DNA of 64,000 nt from NCBI GenBank assembly GCA_964613815.1, contig CAZTKG010000001.1:136895-200894 (forward strand). The letters run 5' to 3'. The DNA is from an uncultured Gammaproteobacteria bacterium (GTDB lineage Bacteria; Patescibacteriota; Patescibacteriia; UBA9934). Below, one piece after another: positions 37,738-46,679 of this stretch (the first letter of the stretch is position 1; each line of letters starts with the position of its first letter). Under the pieces are notes generated by a model. The model saw only the letters and a list, made by a program, of their open reading frames with translations, made no database searches and had not been told where the DNA came from. Made by a program: the position numbers and the translations under genes.

Positions 37738-39519
37738 TCAGCGTTTCAACACTTTCAAATACGTCTCACTTGGAATATTCACCTTCCCCTTCCCCATTGC
37801 CATCATCTTTTTCTTTCCTTTCTTCTGCTTTTCGAGAAGCTTTCGTTTTCGCGTGACGTCACCACCATATAGTTTTGCGGTCACGTCTTTTCGCAGTGCC
37901 GATATTCGCTCTCCTGCGACAATCTTTCCGCCAATGCAGGCCTGGAGTTTGATGACGAATTGCTGTTTTGGGATTGATGATTTGAGCGTGTGGACGATTT
38001 TCTTTCCGACTTTGTGAGCTTCTTCGCGATAAACAAACGTTGCAAATGCTTCAACTGGCTCTTCTGCGACGAGGATATCCATGCGGACAATATCGGCCCG
38101 GCGGTAGTCTTTGAGATCGTAGTTCATGCTCGCAAATCCGGATGTCACCGATTTTAGACGGTCGTAAAAATCCACAATCAGCGACGCCATCGGGATCTCG
38201 TATTTGATGATGGAGCGGTCTTCGCTGAGGTATTCGGTGTTTTTGTAGACGCCGTGCTTGTCTTGCGCAAGCTGCATGACGTTGCCGATGTATTCGGCTG
38301 GGGTGATGATGTCTAGCGTTGCCCATGGTTCTTCGATGTGTTCGACGTGGGACCTATCAGGAAGCGCGAGCGGGGTTTTGATGACGTGGGAGTCGCCGCT
38401 GTCTCGCATGAAGACTTTGTAGGCTACGGATGGGACGGTGACCACGAGCGTGATGCCGAATTCTCGTTCTAGGCGCTCTTTGAGGATCTCGAGGTGGAGC
38501 ATGCCGAGGAACCCAGCGCGGAAGCCGAAGCCTAGGGCTGGGGACTGTTCTGGTTCGAAGATGAGGGATGCGTCGTTGAGTTTGAGGCGCTCCATGGCGT
38601 CTCGGAGGGCGGAATAATCGTCACCCTCCTGTGGAAAGATGCCGGCGAAGACCATTGGAGTCACTTCTTTGTAGCCTCCGAGGGCTTCTGCAGGGTCTTT
38701 TTCTAGGGTGATCGTGTCACCGACGCGGCAAGCGTTGATGTCTTTGAAGCCGGTGATGATGGAGCCGATTTGGCCGGCGGCGAGGTCTGGCGTTGAGGTG
38801 AAAACGGGCTTGAGGGCGCCGACGTCTTGGATTTCTGCGGTGGACTTGCTGTTGGCCATTTTTAGTTTTGACTTGGCTTTGAGGGCGCCTTCGAAGACGC
38901 GGACGTAGGCGATGACGCCTTTGTAATCGTCGTAGTGAGAATCAAAAACCAATGCCTGTGTTTGTTTTGATGCTGATCCTTGCGGGGCTGGAATGCGGTC
39001 TGCGATGGCGTCGAGAAGCGTTGGTACGCCCTCGCCTGTTTTTCCTGAGACGGCTAGGATCTCTTCTTTTTTGCAGCCGATGAGTCGAATGAGTTCTTCT
39101 GAGCGACCTTCGACGTCTGCTGCTGGGAGGTCGATTTTGTTGAGGACTGGGATAATTTCTAGACCTTGCTCGAGGGCGAGGTAGAGGTTGGCGATCGTTT
39201 GGGCTTGGACTCCCTGTGTTGCATCGACGAGGAGGATTGCGCCTTCGACGGCGGCGAGGGATCGGGACACCTCGTAGTTGAAGTCCACGTGGCCTGGGGT
39301 ATCGATGAGGTTGTAGGTGAATTCTTTGTGCTGCATGCGGACCGGAGCGAGCTTGATGGTGATGCCCTTTTCTTGCTCAAGGTCCATGGAATCGAGGATT
39401 TGGGTGGACATGTTTCGCTTTTCGACGGTGCCTGTGAGCTCCAAAAGACGGTCCGCGAGCGTGGACTTTCCGTGGTCGATGTGAGCGATGATGCAGAAGT
39501 TTCGGATGGTGTTTGTCAT
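37738..39519 (-). CDS. lepA: Translation elongation factor 4 (LepA)
   Basis: IRNFCIIAHIDHGKSTLADR, LIDTPGHVDF, GFLGMLH, RKDVTAKLYGGD. Confidence 0.98.
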   Translation of the reverse strand: MTNTIRNFCIIAHIDHGKSTLADRLLELTGTVEKRNMSTQILDSMDLEQEKGITIKLAPVRMQHKEFTYNLIDTPGHVDFNYEVSRSLAAVEGAILLVDATQGVQAQTIANLYLALEQGLEIIPVLNKIDLPAADVEGRSEELIRLIGCKKEEILAVSGKTGEGVPTLLDAIADRIPAPQGSASKQTQALVFDSHYDDYKGVIAYVRVFEGALKAKSKLKMANSKSTAEIQDVGALKPVFTSTPDLAAGQIGSIITGFKDINACRVGDTITLEKDPAEALGGYKEVTPMVFAGIFPQEGDDYSALRDAMERLKLNDASLIFEPEQSPALGFGFRAGFLGMLHLEILKERLEREFGITLVVTVPSVAYKVFMRDSGDSHVIKTPLALPDRSHVEHIEEPWATLDIITPAEYIGNVMQLAQDKHGVYKNTEYLSEDRSIIKYEIPMASLIVDFYDRLKSVTSGFASMNYDLKDYRRADIVRMDILVAEEPVEAFATFVYREEAHKVGKKIVHTLKSSIPKQQFVIKLQACIGGKIVAGERISALRKDVTAKLYGGDVTRKRKLLEKQKKGKKKMMAMGKGKVNIPSETYLKVLKR

Positions 39520-39525
39520 ATTTCA

Positions 39526-39608
39526 TTCCATCTCGACCGAGCGCAGTGAGTGGAGAGATCTTGCCGCTCATGAGCTTGCAGGGATCTCTCGACTACGCTC
39601 GAGATGGG
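39526..39608. repeat. Family A element in the lepA 5' leader
   Basis: TTCCATCTCGACCGAGC...GGAGAGATCT...GGGATCTCTCG...CTCGAGATGGGA, a few nt upstream of the lepA ATG. Confidence 0.85.
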
Positions 39609-39710
39609 AGGTGTTGAGTATAGCCGTATACTAGGGAAAATTGGCGGATTTGTCGAGAAAAAACTGACCCCGCACCAGAGCGGTGCGGGGTGAACGATGA
39701 GGAGTGAGGC

Positions 39711-40646
39711 CTATGCCTTGCTCCAGGAGTTCTTGAATTCGAGTTGGCGTGCACGGATAGCCACTGCGAGCCTGTTGATGCTCGCCCAGTCCTTCGTATT
39801 CATCTGCGCACGGAGCTTGTAGCGCGGATGTTGGCCGCCCTCGTACTCGAGTACTGCCTGGAGTCCGGGGAACCTACCATGGGTCGACGGAAGGCTGATC
39901 TCGCCAAGCTCATAGGCCTCGATTGCGGACCAGCTGATCACGACGTCGATGCAGTCGATGGCTTCCTTCAGCTGACACTCACGCCACCACTTCGGGACCG
40001 GGAATCCGCGTGGACGGTAGACCAGCTCTTTGCCGTTTTTGTCCTTGAGGACGAGCGTCTCCCCTTCGATCAGGTAGTGCCTGAACGAAGTGATTGGGAC
40101 GAGGCAGTTCGCATGGAGCCAGGCGGTTGCCGTTTCGGTGTCGACGGAGGAAGGGTGGAGGTCCTCGAGAGCCTTCTGTGCCGTAGCGAGCGCGGCTTGA
40201 ACACCTTCAAGCACCTGTGTCGCCACCCTCCTTGCTGTCGAAGCCCTACCATGTTCGCGGCCCGCTTGGCCTCCATCGACACTGTTCAGGTCAGACATGA
40301 GCTTGTCGATGCGCGTGCGTACTTCTGACGTCTCGATGATACCTGCGAGCGTGGGCGCATCACGTTCGACGATGTGCTTGCGCACTTCCGCGATCGCATC
40401 GTCACGCGCGATCACCGCATTGACGAAGGCGATGTCTGCCGAAGCCACCGTGCTGCGGGCATCTTTGAGCGCTGCTTGAGCGGCCTCCACATCAGCCTGA
40501 GCGGCCGCCTTTACTGCCTTGTGACGCTCTTTGCCGAGCAGCCACTGAAGATGGTCGTCCCTGTAGCCGGTCTTGGCCCAGAGAACGAGGGTTTCTGGAC
40601 CGATCTTGGTCCCCGGTTTGAATCGCACCGTAATCAGCGCTTTCAT
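39711..40646 (-). CDS. Orphan coiled-coil protein (cassette gene)
   Basis: Ala-rich heptads; SD AAGGAG; promoter TTGACA-17-TAATTT at 40721..40749; terminator at about 39660..39691. Confidence 0.7.
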   Translation of the reverse strand: MKALITVRFKPGTKIGPETLVLWAKTGYRDDHLQWLLGKERHKAVKAAAQADVEAAQAALKDARSTVASADIAFVNAVIARDDAIAEVRKHIVERDAPTLAGIIETSEVRTRIDKLMSDLNSVDGGQAGREHGRASTARRVATQVLEGVQAALATAQKALEDLHPSSVDTETATAWLHANCLVPITSFRHYLIEGETLVLKDKNGKELVYRPRGFPVPKWWRECQLKEAIDCIDVVISWSAIEAYELGEISLPSTHGRFPGLQAVLEYEGGQHPRYKLRAQMNTKDWASINRLAVAIRARQLEFKNSWSKA

Positions 40647-40809
40647 GGTTCTCTCCTTGGGTTGAATTGTCGTGCAGTGTTTTCCTGTACTGTTTATGAC
40701 AGGACCGCGACGACCTCGGGAAATTACCAGCTCTTTTCCCCTTTGTCAATGAGCTTGATGCAATCTCTTAACTCATATACGATTGGCAAACCTCAAACCT
40801 GGAGCTCTT

Positions 40810-41436
40810 TTGAATATTGATGTTACTCGTCACTTTAATGTCTCAGCTGATCGCACCCGCGGACCCAAGCGCCCCATCGTTCGCATGGCTCGGGATGTGC
40901 CGCGGGAATACGCGTATTGGTGGTACGTCTTCCTGGTTGGTGATGGTCAGGTTGGTGCAACTGTGCCGGTGAATCTGGTTCCCTCCTGGGTTAGCAGGCG
41001 GCGGATGAAACGACTGCTGTTTGAGCTGTGTGATGACTGGAAGATGGATCCTTGCAACGGACGCGTTCAGATCTTTGCTCATGTTCGACGACGTCACAGC
41101 GTTCTCCCTCATTCCATCGATGACTTGCATGATGCCATGGACCTTGCGTGCGGCGTGCGCCCGTTCTTGGGAAGACTCACGGAGGTGAGGCCGAGCGTGC
41201 CACGCGTGTCCTGGTGGCTCGAGTGTGGCAAGGTCTACCGAAACGGCGTACTTCTGACCAACGATCTGTGGATGGATTCGGAAACGTTGACCGAGGAAGG
41301 CGTGCCCCGACTCCGTCGCGCTCGCTATTTGCTTGGCATGTCAGCATTTGGCGGCGAAGTCAGCATCGTCACCGCTGAGCCGATTCGCACCTTCCGCGAG
41401 GAATATTCTTCTCGTAGCCGACGCTGGCAGCTGTAA
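40810..41436 (+). CDS. Orphan protein (cassette gene; start uncertain)
   Basis: Promoter TTGATG-17-TACGAT at 40755..40783; GGAG before TTG; hairpin-T terminator after the stop. Confidence 0.55.
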   Translation: MNIDVTRHFNVSADRTRGPKRPIVRMARDVPREYAYWWYVFLVGDGQVGATVPVNLVPSWVSRRRMKRLLFELCDDWKMDPCNGRVQIFAHVRRRHSVLPHSIDDLHDAMDLACGVRPFLGRLTEVRPSVPRVSWWLECGKVYRNGVLLTNDLWMDSETLTEEGVPRLRRARYLLGMSAFGGEVSIVTAEPIRTFREEYSSRSRRWQL

Positions 41437-41461
41437 TCTTCGCTAGCTCTTGCTAGCGGTT

Positions 41462-42682
41462 TTATTTTTGGATAATTGCTGAGCCAATGAGCTCATCTTC
41501 TTTGTAAAATGCGACAAACTGCCCTGGGGCGACTGCCCATTGCGGGACCTTGAATGTGACAGTGAGTTGATCTTCGATGAATTGGTATTCGCAGTCTTGC
41601 AGCTCCTGACGATAACGAATGCGGGCTTTAAGGGGAGTGTTTTGGTTGGTTTTGATGGCGCCCTTGGTTGTTTCTGTGATGTTTGTTGCAATGATCGTCG
41701 TCTTGAGGAGGATTTGATCTTCGCGATGCACTACAACGAGCTCGTTTGTGCCTGGACGTTTTTCTGCCACGTAAAGAGGATCACCGCCGCCAATGCCGAG
41801 GCCGTGGCGTTGGCCGATGGTGTAGTAGGCGTGGCCCTTGTGGGTTCCGAGGATGTCGCCGGCGGCGTTGATGATGTTTCCTGGTGATGGCGGGATTTGG
41901 TCGCTGAGGAATTCTTCTAGGGTGATGTGACCGACGAAGCAGAGGCCTTGGCTATCCTTCTTTGTTGCGACGGATAGGCTGTGCGTCTCTGCGATGCTGC
42001 GGACTTCTGATTTTTCGATGTTACCGATTGGGAACATCACTTTTTTTAGTTGGTCTTGCGTGAGACGGCAAAGGAAGTAGGATTGGTCCTTGTTTTTGTC
42101 GATACCAGCGAGGAGGTGGACTAGCTCACCTCCTTCCGATGCGCCTTCTCCTCTCCCATCCTGAGGAGGGGGATAGTTGCCCCCGACGGAAAGATCTTGT
42201 GCGGATGGCAACGTCCCTGCCGCGCGGCATGAGATCCTTCCGTCCGTCGGCTGGCGCTCTCCCTCCTCAGGATAGGAGGCAATATCAGCTGCGTTGAGTA
42301 TGCGCGCGTAGTGGCCTGTTGCGAGATAGTCGCAGCCCAAATCCTCTAACTGATCGAGAAGAAGGCCGAACTTCATATATTGATTACAGAGCACGTCTGG
42401 ATTTGGTGTTCGGCCGGCGGCGTATTCGTCTACCATGTATTGATAGACTTTTTCGCGGTACTGCTCTTCGAAGTCGAAGGTGTGGAGCTCGATATCTAAT
42501 TGCGCGGCAACCCGCATCGCATCTCGACGCTCTGCACGCCAAGTACATTCGCTGCCTGGGATGTTTTCTGACCAGTTTTTCATGAACGCGCCGACGACCT
42601 CGTAACCTTGTTCCAATAGCAAAACAGCCGACACACTTGAGTCGACGCCACCGCTCATAGCCAGGAGAACGCGTTTTTTCAT
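41462..42682 (-). CDS. mnmA: tRNA 2-thiouridine synthase with an in-frame repeat insertion
   Basis: AMSGGVDSSV, GRTPNPDVLCN, ATGHYA, KDQSYFL, KKDSQGLCF, YTIGQR, VAPGQ. Confidence 0.97.
   Translation of the reverse strand: MKKRVLLAMSGGVDSSVSAVLLLEQGYEVVGAFMKNWSENIPGSECTWRAERRDAMRVAAQLDIELHTFDFEEQYREKVYQYMVDEYAAGRTPNPDVLCNQYMKFGLLLDQLEDLGCDYLATGHYARILNAADIASYPEEGERQPTDGRISCRAAGTLPSAQDLSVGGNYPPPQDGRGEGASEGGELVHLLAGIDKNKDQSYFLCRLTQDQLKKVMFPIGNIEKSEVRSIAETHSLSVATKKDSQGLCFVGHITLEEFLSDQIPPSPGNIINAAGDILGTHKGHAYYTIGQRHGLGIGGGDPLYVAEKRPGTNELVVVHREDQILLKTTIIATNITETTKGAIKTNQNTPLKARIRYRQELQDCEYQFIEDQLTVTFKVPQWAVAPGQFVAFYKEDELIGSAIIQK
42153..42278. repeat. Family B palindromic element inside mnmA (126 nt, in frame)
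   Basis: CTCCCATCCTGAGGAGGG...CCCTCCTCAGGATAGGAG; reverse complement aligns without gaps to intergenic 50061..50186. Confidence 0.92.
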
Positions 42683-42728
42683 AGTTTGAGATGATAGCTT
42701 GGATTTTGATGTTTGGCAACTGCCTCAC

Positions 42729-42798
42729 TCCCATCTCGACCTTGTGGAGGGATCTGATTGCGGCAGGTGCAAGATCTCTCCACAAGGTCGAGATGGGA
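42729..42798. repeat. Family A palindromic REP-like element
   Basis: Inverted arms upstream of mnmA. Confidence 0.9.
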
Positions 42799-42844
42799 GG
42801 AATGAGAATGACAGGAAACAAAAAAGCCCTGCTTGCTGCAGAGG

Positions 42845-43240
42845 CTACGGACGATCGTCTTTGGGGAAGTCGATCAGGATGTTGCAGGTCCCGTAGAAAC
42901 CAGCGCAGACCTGCGGGTCGGTGCGACCGTTATCGCAGACGTGCTCGGCGACGGGGATGGTGTCGGCGTACTCGATCCAGGTGACCGGGCCGTCCGTGAT
43001 TTTTTGGATGAAGTAGGTGACGTTCGGGCCGCTCATGGCGAGCGCATAGCCCGGATGCCCCATCCCGGAGGTGCTTTCGAGGTAGATGTCGAACTCGCCC
43101 CAGTCGATGATGGTGACCGCTGCGCGAGGCGGGGCCTGCACGCGCTCCTCGTTGACGAAGATCGTGTTCACGGGCCAGGCCTTGACCCTGGGAGCGTCGC
43201 CAGCGGAGACTGTGAGGGAGAGAAGGAGCAATGGGATCAT
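42845..43240 (-). CDS. Secreted orphan protein (cassette gene)
   Basis: Signal MIPLLLLSLTVSA; SD GGAG; promoter TTGACA-17-TAGATT at 43267..43295. Confidence 0.65.
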   Translation of the reverse strand: MIPLLLLSLTVSAGDAPRVKAWPVNTIFVNEERVQAPPRAAVTIIDWGEFDIYLESTSGMGHPGYALAMSGPNVTYFIQKITDGPVTWIEYADTIPVAEHVCDNGRTDPQVCAGFYGTCNILIDFPKDDRP

Positions 43241-43297
43241 GTCGTCTCCGTGTGAAGTGACGGTTTAATCTAACACTTCTTTAAAGATATGTCAAGA

Positions 43298-43326
43298 TTG
43301 ACACAGCTATTTCTATCATCTATATT
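43298..43326 (+). promoter_or_regulatory. Sigma70-like promoter for tRNA-Gln
   Basis: TTGACA-17 nt-TATATT. Confidence 0.7.
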
Positions 43327-43401
43327 GTCGACACATCACTCCCGGACCCCACGTCGCTCTTTGAGCTATGTTAGGGGTTGATCCGGGATCGATTTTATTA
43401 C

Positions 43402-43475
43402 TCCCGGATCGTCTAACGGCAGGACACCAGGTTCTGGTCCTGGTAATCGGGGTTCGAGTCCCTGTCCGGGAACCA
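43402..43475 (+). tRNA. tRNA-Gln (anticodon CTG)
   Basis: Acceptor stem TCCCGGA/TCCGGGA, anticodon arm CCAGG-TTCTGGT-CCTGG, T-loop GGTTCGAGTCC, encoded CCA. Confidence 0.93.
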
Positions 43476-43515
43476 AGTAAAAAAGCTATCTTTGGATAGC
43501 TTTTTTACTTGGTTT
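43471..43515 (+). terminator. Long terminator hairpin after the tRNA
   Basis: AACCAAGTAAAAAAGCTATC-TTTG-GATAGCTTTTTTACTTGGTT. Confidence 0.75.
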
Positions 43516-43539
43516 GATGTCTATTTGCAAATCCCCCCT

Positions 43540-43612
43540 TCCCATCTCGACCTTGTGGAGAGATCTTTGGATTTCGGAGGCTACAGGATCTCTCCACAAG
43601 GTCGAGATGGGA
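43540..43612. repeat. Family A palindromic REP-like element
   Basis: Near-perfect inverted arms. Confidence 0.9.
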
Positions 43613-43625
43613 GATTGAGGTCTTA

Positions 43626-43654
43626 TTGACAATCCTGTATTACAATTGTATTAT
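43626..43654 (+). promoter_or_regulatory. Toxin-antitoxin promoter with putative operator
   Basis: TTGACA-17-TATTAT containing two TGTATTA repeats. Confidence 0.65.
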
Positions 43655-43677
43655 TTTAGCAAACATAATCTATTTCT

Positions 43678-43905
43678 ATGCGACAAGTTGTCAGCCTCTC
43701 TTTAGCTCCCGCAGATGTCAAAAAACTCAAAAGGCGCGTGAAGGAGCGTGGCCTTGCTTCATCTAGCGCATATGTGAAGCAGCTCCTCGACGAAGACGAG
43801 AATCTCATCTCCGCAGACGAGCTTGAATCCATCATTAAAGAAGGAGATGCAGAGTATGATCGCGGAGAGACGGTTTCTGCAAAATCTGTTCTCGATCTTC
43901 TATGA
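43678..43905 (+). CDS. Ribbon-helix-helix antitoxin
   Basis: VVSLSL beta strand, SSSAYVKQLL helix, acidic C-terminus; ATGA overlap with the toxin. Confidence 0.75.
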   Translation: MRQVVSLSLAPADVKKLKRRVKERGLASSSAYVKQLLDEDENLISADELESIIKEGDAEYDRGETVSAKSVLDLL

Positions 43906-44174
43906 TCGTTCGTGATATTAAATTCACAAAAAGATTTATCAAGGACCTCTCTGGGCTCAGTGAGACTGATCGTGACTTAGTTGCGAAAAAGGAGTCTATC
44001 TTTAGATCCAACCCCCTTCATCCTTCTCTTCGGCTTCATCGACTCAAGGGCAATTTGTCTGGCGTGTGGTCTATTTCTGTGACAAATAAGATTCGCATAA
44101 TTTTCAAACGGAAGGACGGAGGAGTTATCCTGTTTTACTCTGTTGGAAAACACGACATTTACAAAAACCTATAA
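43902..44174 (+). CDS. RelE/YafQ-superfamily toxin
   Basis: FTKRFIKDL, HPSLRLHRLKG, WSISV...RIIF, VGKHDIY. Confidence 0.85.
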   Translation: MIVRDIKFTKRFIKDLSGLSETDRDLVAKKESIFRSNPLHPSLRLHRLKGNLSGVWSISVTNKIRIIFKRKDGGVILFYSVGKHDIYKNL

Positions 44175-44204
44175 AAACTCCTCCCAATTGGGAGGTTTTT
44201 GGGA

Positions 44205-44636
44205 TCAGCGAGGCTCTTCTACCCGCTTGACCATGAGGGATCTCGTGCTTCGTAGAACCTGGAAGATGTGAAGCTTGCCGTCCAGCCAGCACAGTGCAAT
44301 GAGATATTCCCAAAGCATGAATGCAATGGCGCCTCCAGCGGCGAGATGCTGGAATGCTTCCATTGCTCCACTCAGCTTGAACAGCTTGCACTCGATGTCT
44401 GCCGGGAGCTCGTCGTAGAGCCCAATGTGAGACTTTCCATCGATCCGGAGCGTGACCTGTTGCGGGGTGCCATCATCGGCGATGGCATGGATCCCGATCA
44501 CGAGGCTTTTGATGTAGCGATGCGTTTGAATGTGACTCGCTGCGATGTCCACCGCTCCGTGCGGGTTGTCTTCTGTGATCCGCACTTCTCGAATGACTGA
44601 ATTGCTCGACCCGATGACGATTCTTTGGACCTGCAC
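44205..44636 (-). CDS. Orphan beta-rich protein, paralog family with 45611 and 46680 (cassette gene)
   Basis: SD AAGGAG before GTG; promoter TGGACT-17-TACGTT; C-terminal IALCWLDGKLHIF. Confidence 0.65.
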   Translation of the reverse strand: MQVQRIVIGSSNSVIREVRITEDNPHGAVDIAASHIQTHRYIKSLVIGIHAIADDGTPQQVTLRIDGKSHIGLYDELPADIECKLFKLSGAMEAFQHLAAGGAIAFMLWEYLIALCWLDGKLHIFQVLRSTRSLMVKRVEEPR

Positions 44637-44716
44637 CTTTTCTCCTTAAAAGAACTGGCTTTAACGTAGCAATCTGCGTATAAAAAGTCCACCCCGTGAG
44701 GGGTGGTTCGAGGGTT

Positions 44717-45529
44717 TCAAACGGGGAGCATTTGATGGAACGCAAACTTCTCGTCGTGCGTCTCGATGTGGATCTTCTCCCAGCTGCCGTCATCGTCGAC
44801 CCAGACCACACCTTCGTACGTGTGCCCGCCGAGTTCGACGAGGACAGAGAATTGGACGCGGTCGGTGGCGGTGCCGTCTCGGACGCCGGCGATGATGATC
44901 CTAGCGTTCCCCTTCGTGGGGGTTCCGCGACGGACGAGGGGGAGAACGATCGCCTCTTGCGATCGCATCATGCCCCAGAGCATGTCAGGCGGGAGCTTGA
45001 TAGGCTCTCCTCTTCCAGCTGCCTTGCGGCGATCCATGATGTCGAGATTGAGCTGGAATGTTCGACGAAGGTATTCGGTGTGTGTCAGCAGCCTATTCAG
45101 CTCCGACAGAGAATGCCCAGCCGGAGCAACGAAGCCCCTGTGCCCCCGACCCCTGGGATTGTAGCAGCCGTAGATGAGCTGAGCACCTTCAAGCTGTCCG
45201 CACGCTGAGTGATACTGTTTCATTTCGCGACTCAAATTGAACCACGAATTGCCACCGGCATTTGCGCGTTCCAGAAAGGCCCAGAACGTGTCCGGACCAC
45301 CCAGTCCGAGATTTACCACACCGAGCAATACGATGCGGACAGACTTAACTTCGGCACACTCGTTGCAGGTGTCGGCATGGGGATGGTCGCATCTCGCCGT
45401 GTGACCACGAATTCCGATCGTCGTTACACGACCCCTGTCTGCCATGGCCAGACTCCATTCATGTACCCCGGGACCGCTCATGACAGACCGTGTGCCGACG
45501 AGCTCGTAGCCCCCTCTTCTTGAGGTCAT
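44717..45529 (-). CDS. Orphan protein with a CDH...CNEC putative metal site
   Basis: SD AAGGAGG; 270-aa ORF followed by a terminator hairpin. Confidence 0.65.
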   Translation of the reverse strand: MTSRRGGYELVGTRSVMSGPGVHEWSLAMADRGRVTTIGIRGHTARCDHPHADTCNECAEVKSVRIVLLGVVNLGLGGPDTFWAFLERANAGGNSWFNLSREMKQYHSACGQLEGAQLIYGCYNPRGRGHRGFVAPAGHSLSELNRLLTHTEYLRRTFQLNLDIMDRRKAAGRGEPIKLPPDMLWGMMRSQEAIVLPLVRRGTPTKGNARIIIAGVRDGTATDRVQFSVLVELGGHTYEGVVWVDDDGSWEKIHIETHDEKFAFHQMLPV

Positions 45530-45610
45530 GCAGACCTCCTTGCGCTTGTGCGCGGCTTGGATTGCACTGCCGGATGCACCGGTCAGTGTTCTGCCTTGTG
45601 GCGGAAATGT

Positions 45611-46018
45611 TTATATCCTTTCCCAATGCACATGCAGAAGGAACGGGTCCCAGTGCAGGGCGATGATGTGGGTCTTTGTATTGATCGAGACCGCCTTGCC
45701 GGTGAGGAGTGCCTCCGCGGCAAGCTTGATCTGACTGATCGTGAATGGGTGGCAGGTCTTGCCTGAAGGAATTGGCTCTGAACCTGTTGTTCGGGCGGTG
45801 CCGTTCTTCTCGATCCGCATCTCGCCTAGATCATCTCCAACGATGGCGATCTCGGCGGATTCTGACAATTGGAATGTGCTGATCATGTCGATGAATTCAT
45901 GGTGCTCAGCGAACTCTCGCGGATCGCCCCAATTATCACGCCCGTCGCCTCCATGCAGAAAGCTGACGCGCGTAATGACTTCTGTGCCATTTCGCAGCAT
46001 GAATTCGCGTACGCGCAT
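45611..46018 (-). CDS. Orphan beta-rich protein (cassette gene; start ATG 46018)
   Basis: SD AGGAGG; promoter TTGACA-17-TACACT at 46050..46078; C-terminal IIALHWDPFLLHVH. Confidence 0.65.
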   Translation of the reverse strand: MRVREFMLRNGTEVITRVSFLHGGDGRDNWGDPREFAEHHEFIDMISTFQLSESAEIAIVGDDLGEMRIEKNGTARTTGSEPIPSGKTCHPFTISQIKLAAEALLTGKAVSINTKTHIIALHWDPFLLHVHWERI

Positions 46019-46087
46019 GCTTGCCTCCTGTGTGAATGAGCGGTGTGGGAGTGTAGCAGGGGGGTTGGGAGATGTCAATGCGTCTGC

Positions 46088-46198
46088 GTGTCATCCTGAG
46101 GCACGAAGGACCCATTCGGTTGGCACTACCTATATCGGTCGACGTCGATCGTGGGCACGTATGCAGCCGAATGGATCCTTCGTGCCTCAGGATGACAC
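46088..46198. repeat. Family C palindromic element (GTCATCCTGAG type)
   Basis: GTGTCATCCTGAGGCACGAAGGA...TCCTTCGTGCCTCAGGATGACAC; half copy at 62866. Confidence 0.85.
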
Positions 46199-46223
46199 AG
46201 GGAGGATCTGCTATAATCCACGC

Positions 46224-46661
46224 ATGACCACTCTCGAACAGCACGTCCTCACTGGACTTCGGGCGCATAGTGCGCAGATACTTCGTTTTAGCCTTGGTGT
46301 TGTCTTTCTCTGGTTTGGCGTCATGAAGTTAATGATGAATACGCCGGTGACCGAGCTTTTGGCGGCGACGTATACCATGCTGCCGGTGATGGAGACTGTT
46401 ATTGTGCTCGGAGTTCTGGAAGTCTTTGTAGCGATCGGACTTCTTTGCGGGATCTTTTTGCGGACGACGATTGCGTTCACGGTTCTTCACCTTCTTGGGA
46501 CGTTTTTTACGTTAGCTCTTAATCCCTCCCTCTTTTTTGAACCTGGGCAGTTTTGGATTCTGACGTTTGAGGGGGAATTTATTATCAAAAATGTTGTGCT
46601 ACTTGCTGCGGCGCTTGTGATTGCGGGGCATCAGACGCATGAGAAGAAGTACGGGAAATAA
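46224..46661 (+). CDS. DoxX-like membrane protein (start ATG 46224)
   Basis: LRFSLGVVFLWFGVMK, LGVLEV, EGEFIIKNVVLLAAAL; TATAAT just upstream. Confidence 0.8.
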   Translation: MTTLEQHVLTGLRAHSAQILRFSLGVVFLWFGVMKLMMNTPVTELLAATYTMLPVMETVIVLGVLEVFVAIGLLCGIFLRTTIAFTVLHLLGTFFTLALNPSLFFEPGQFWILTFEGEFIIKNVVLLAAALVIAGHQTHEKKYGK

Positions 46662-46679
46662 AAAATCCTCCTGAGGTTT

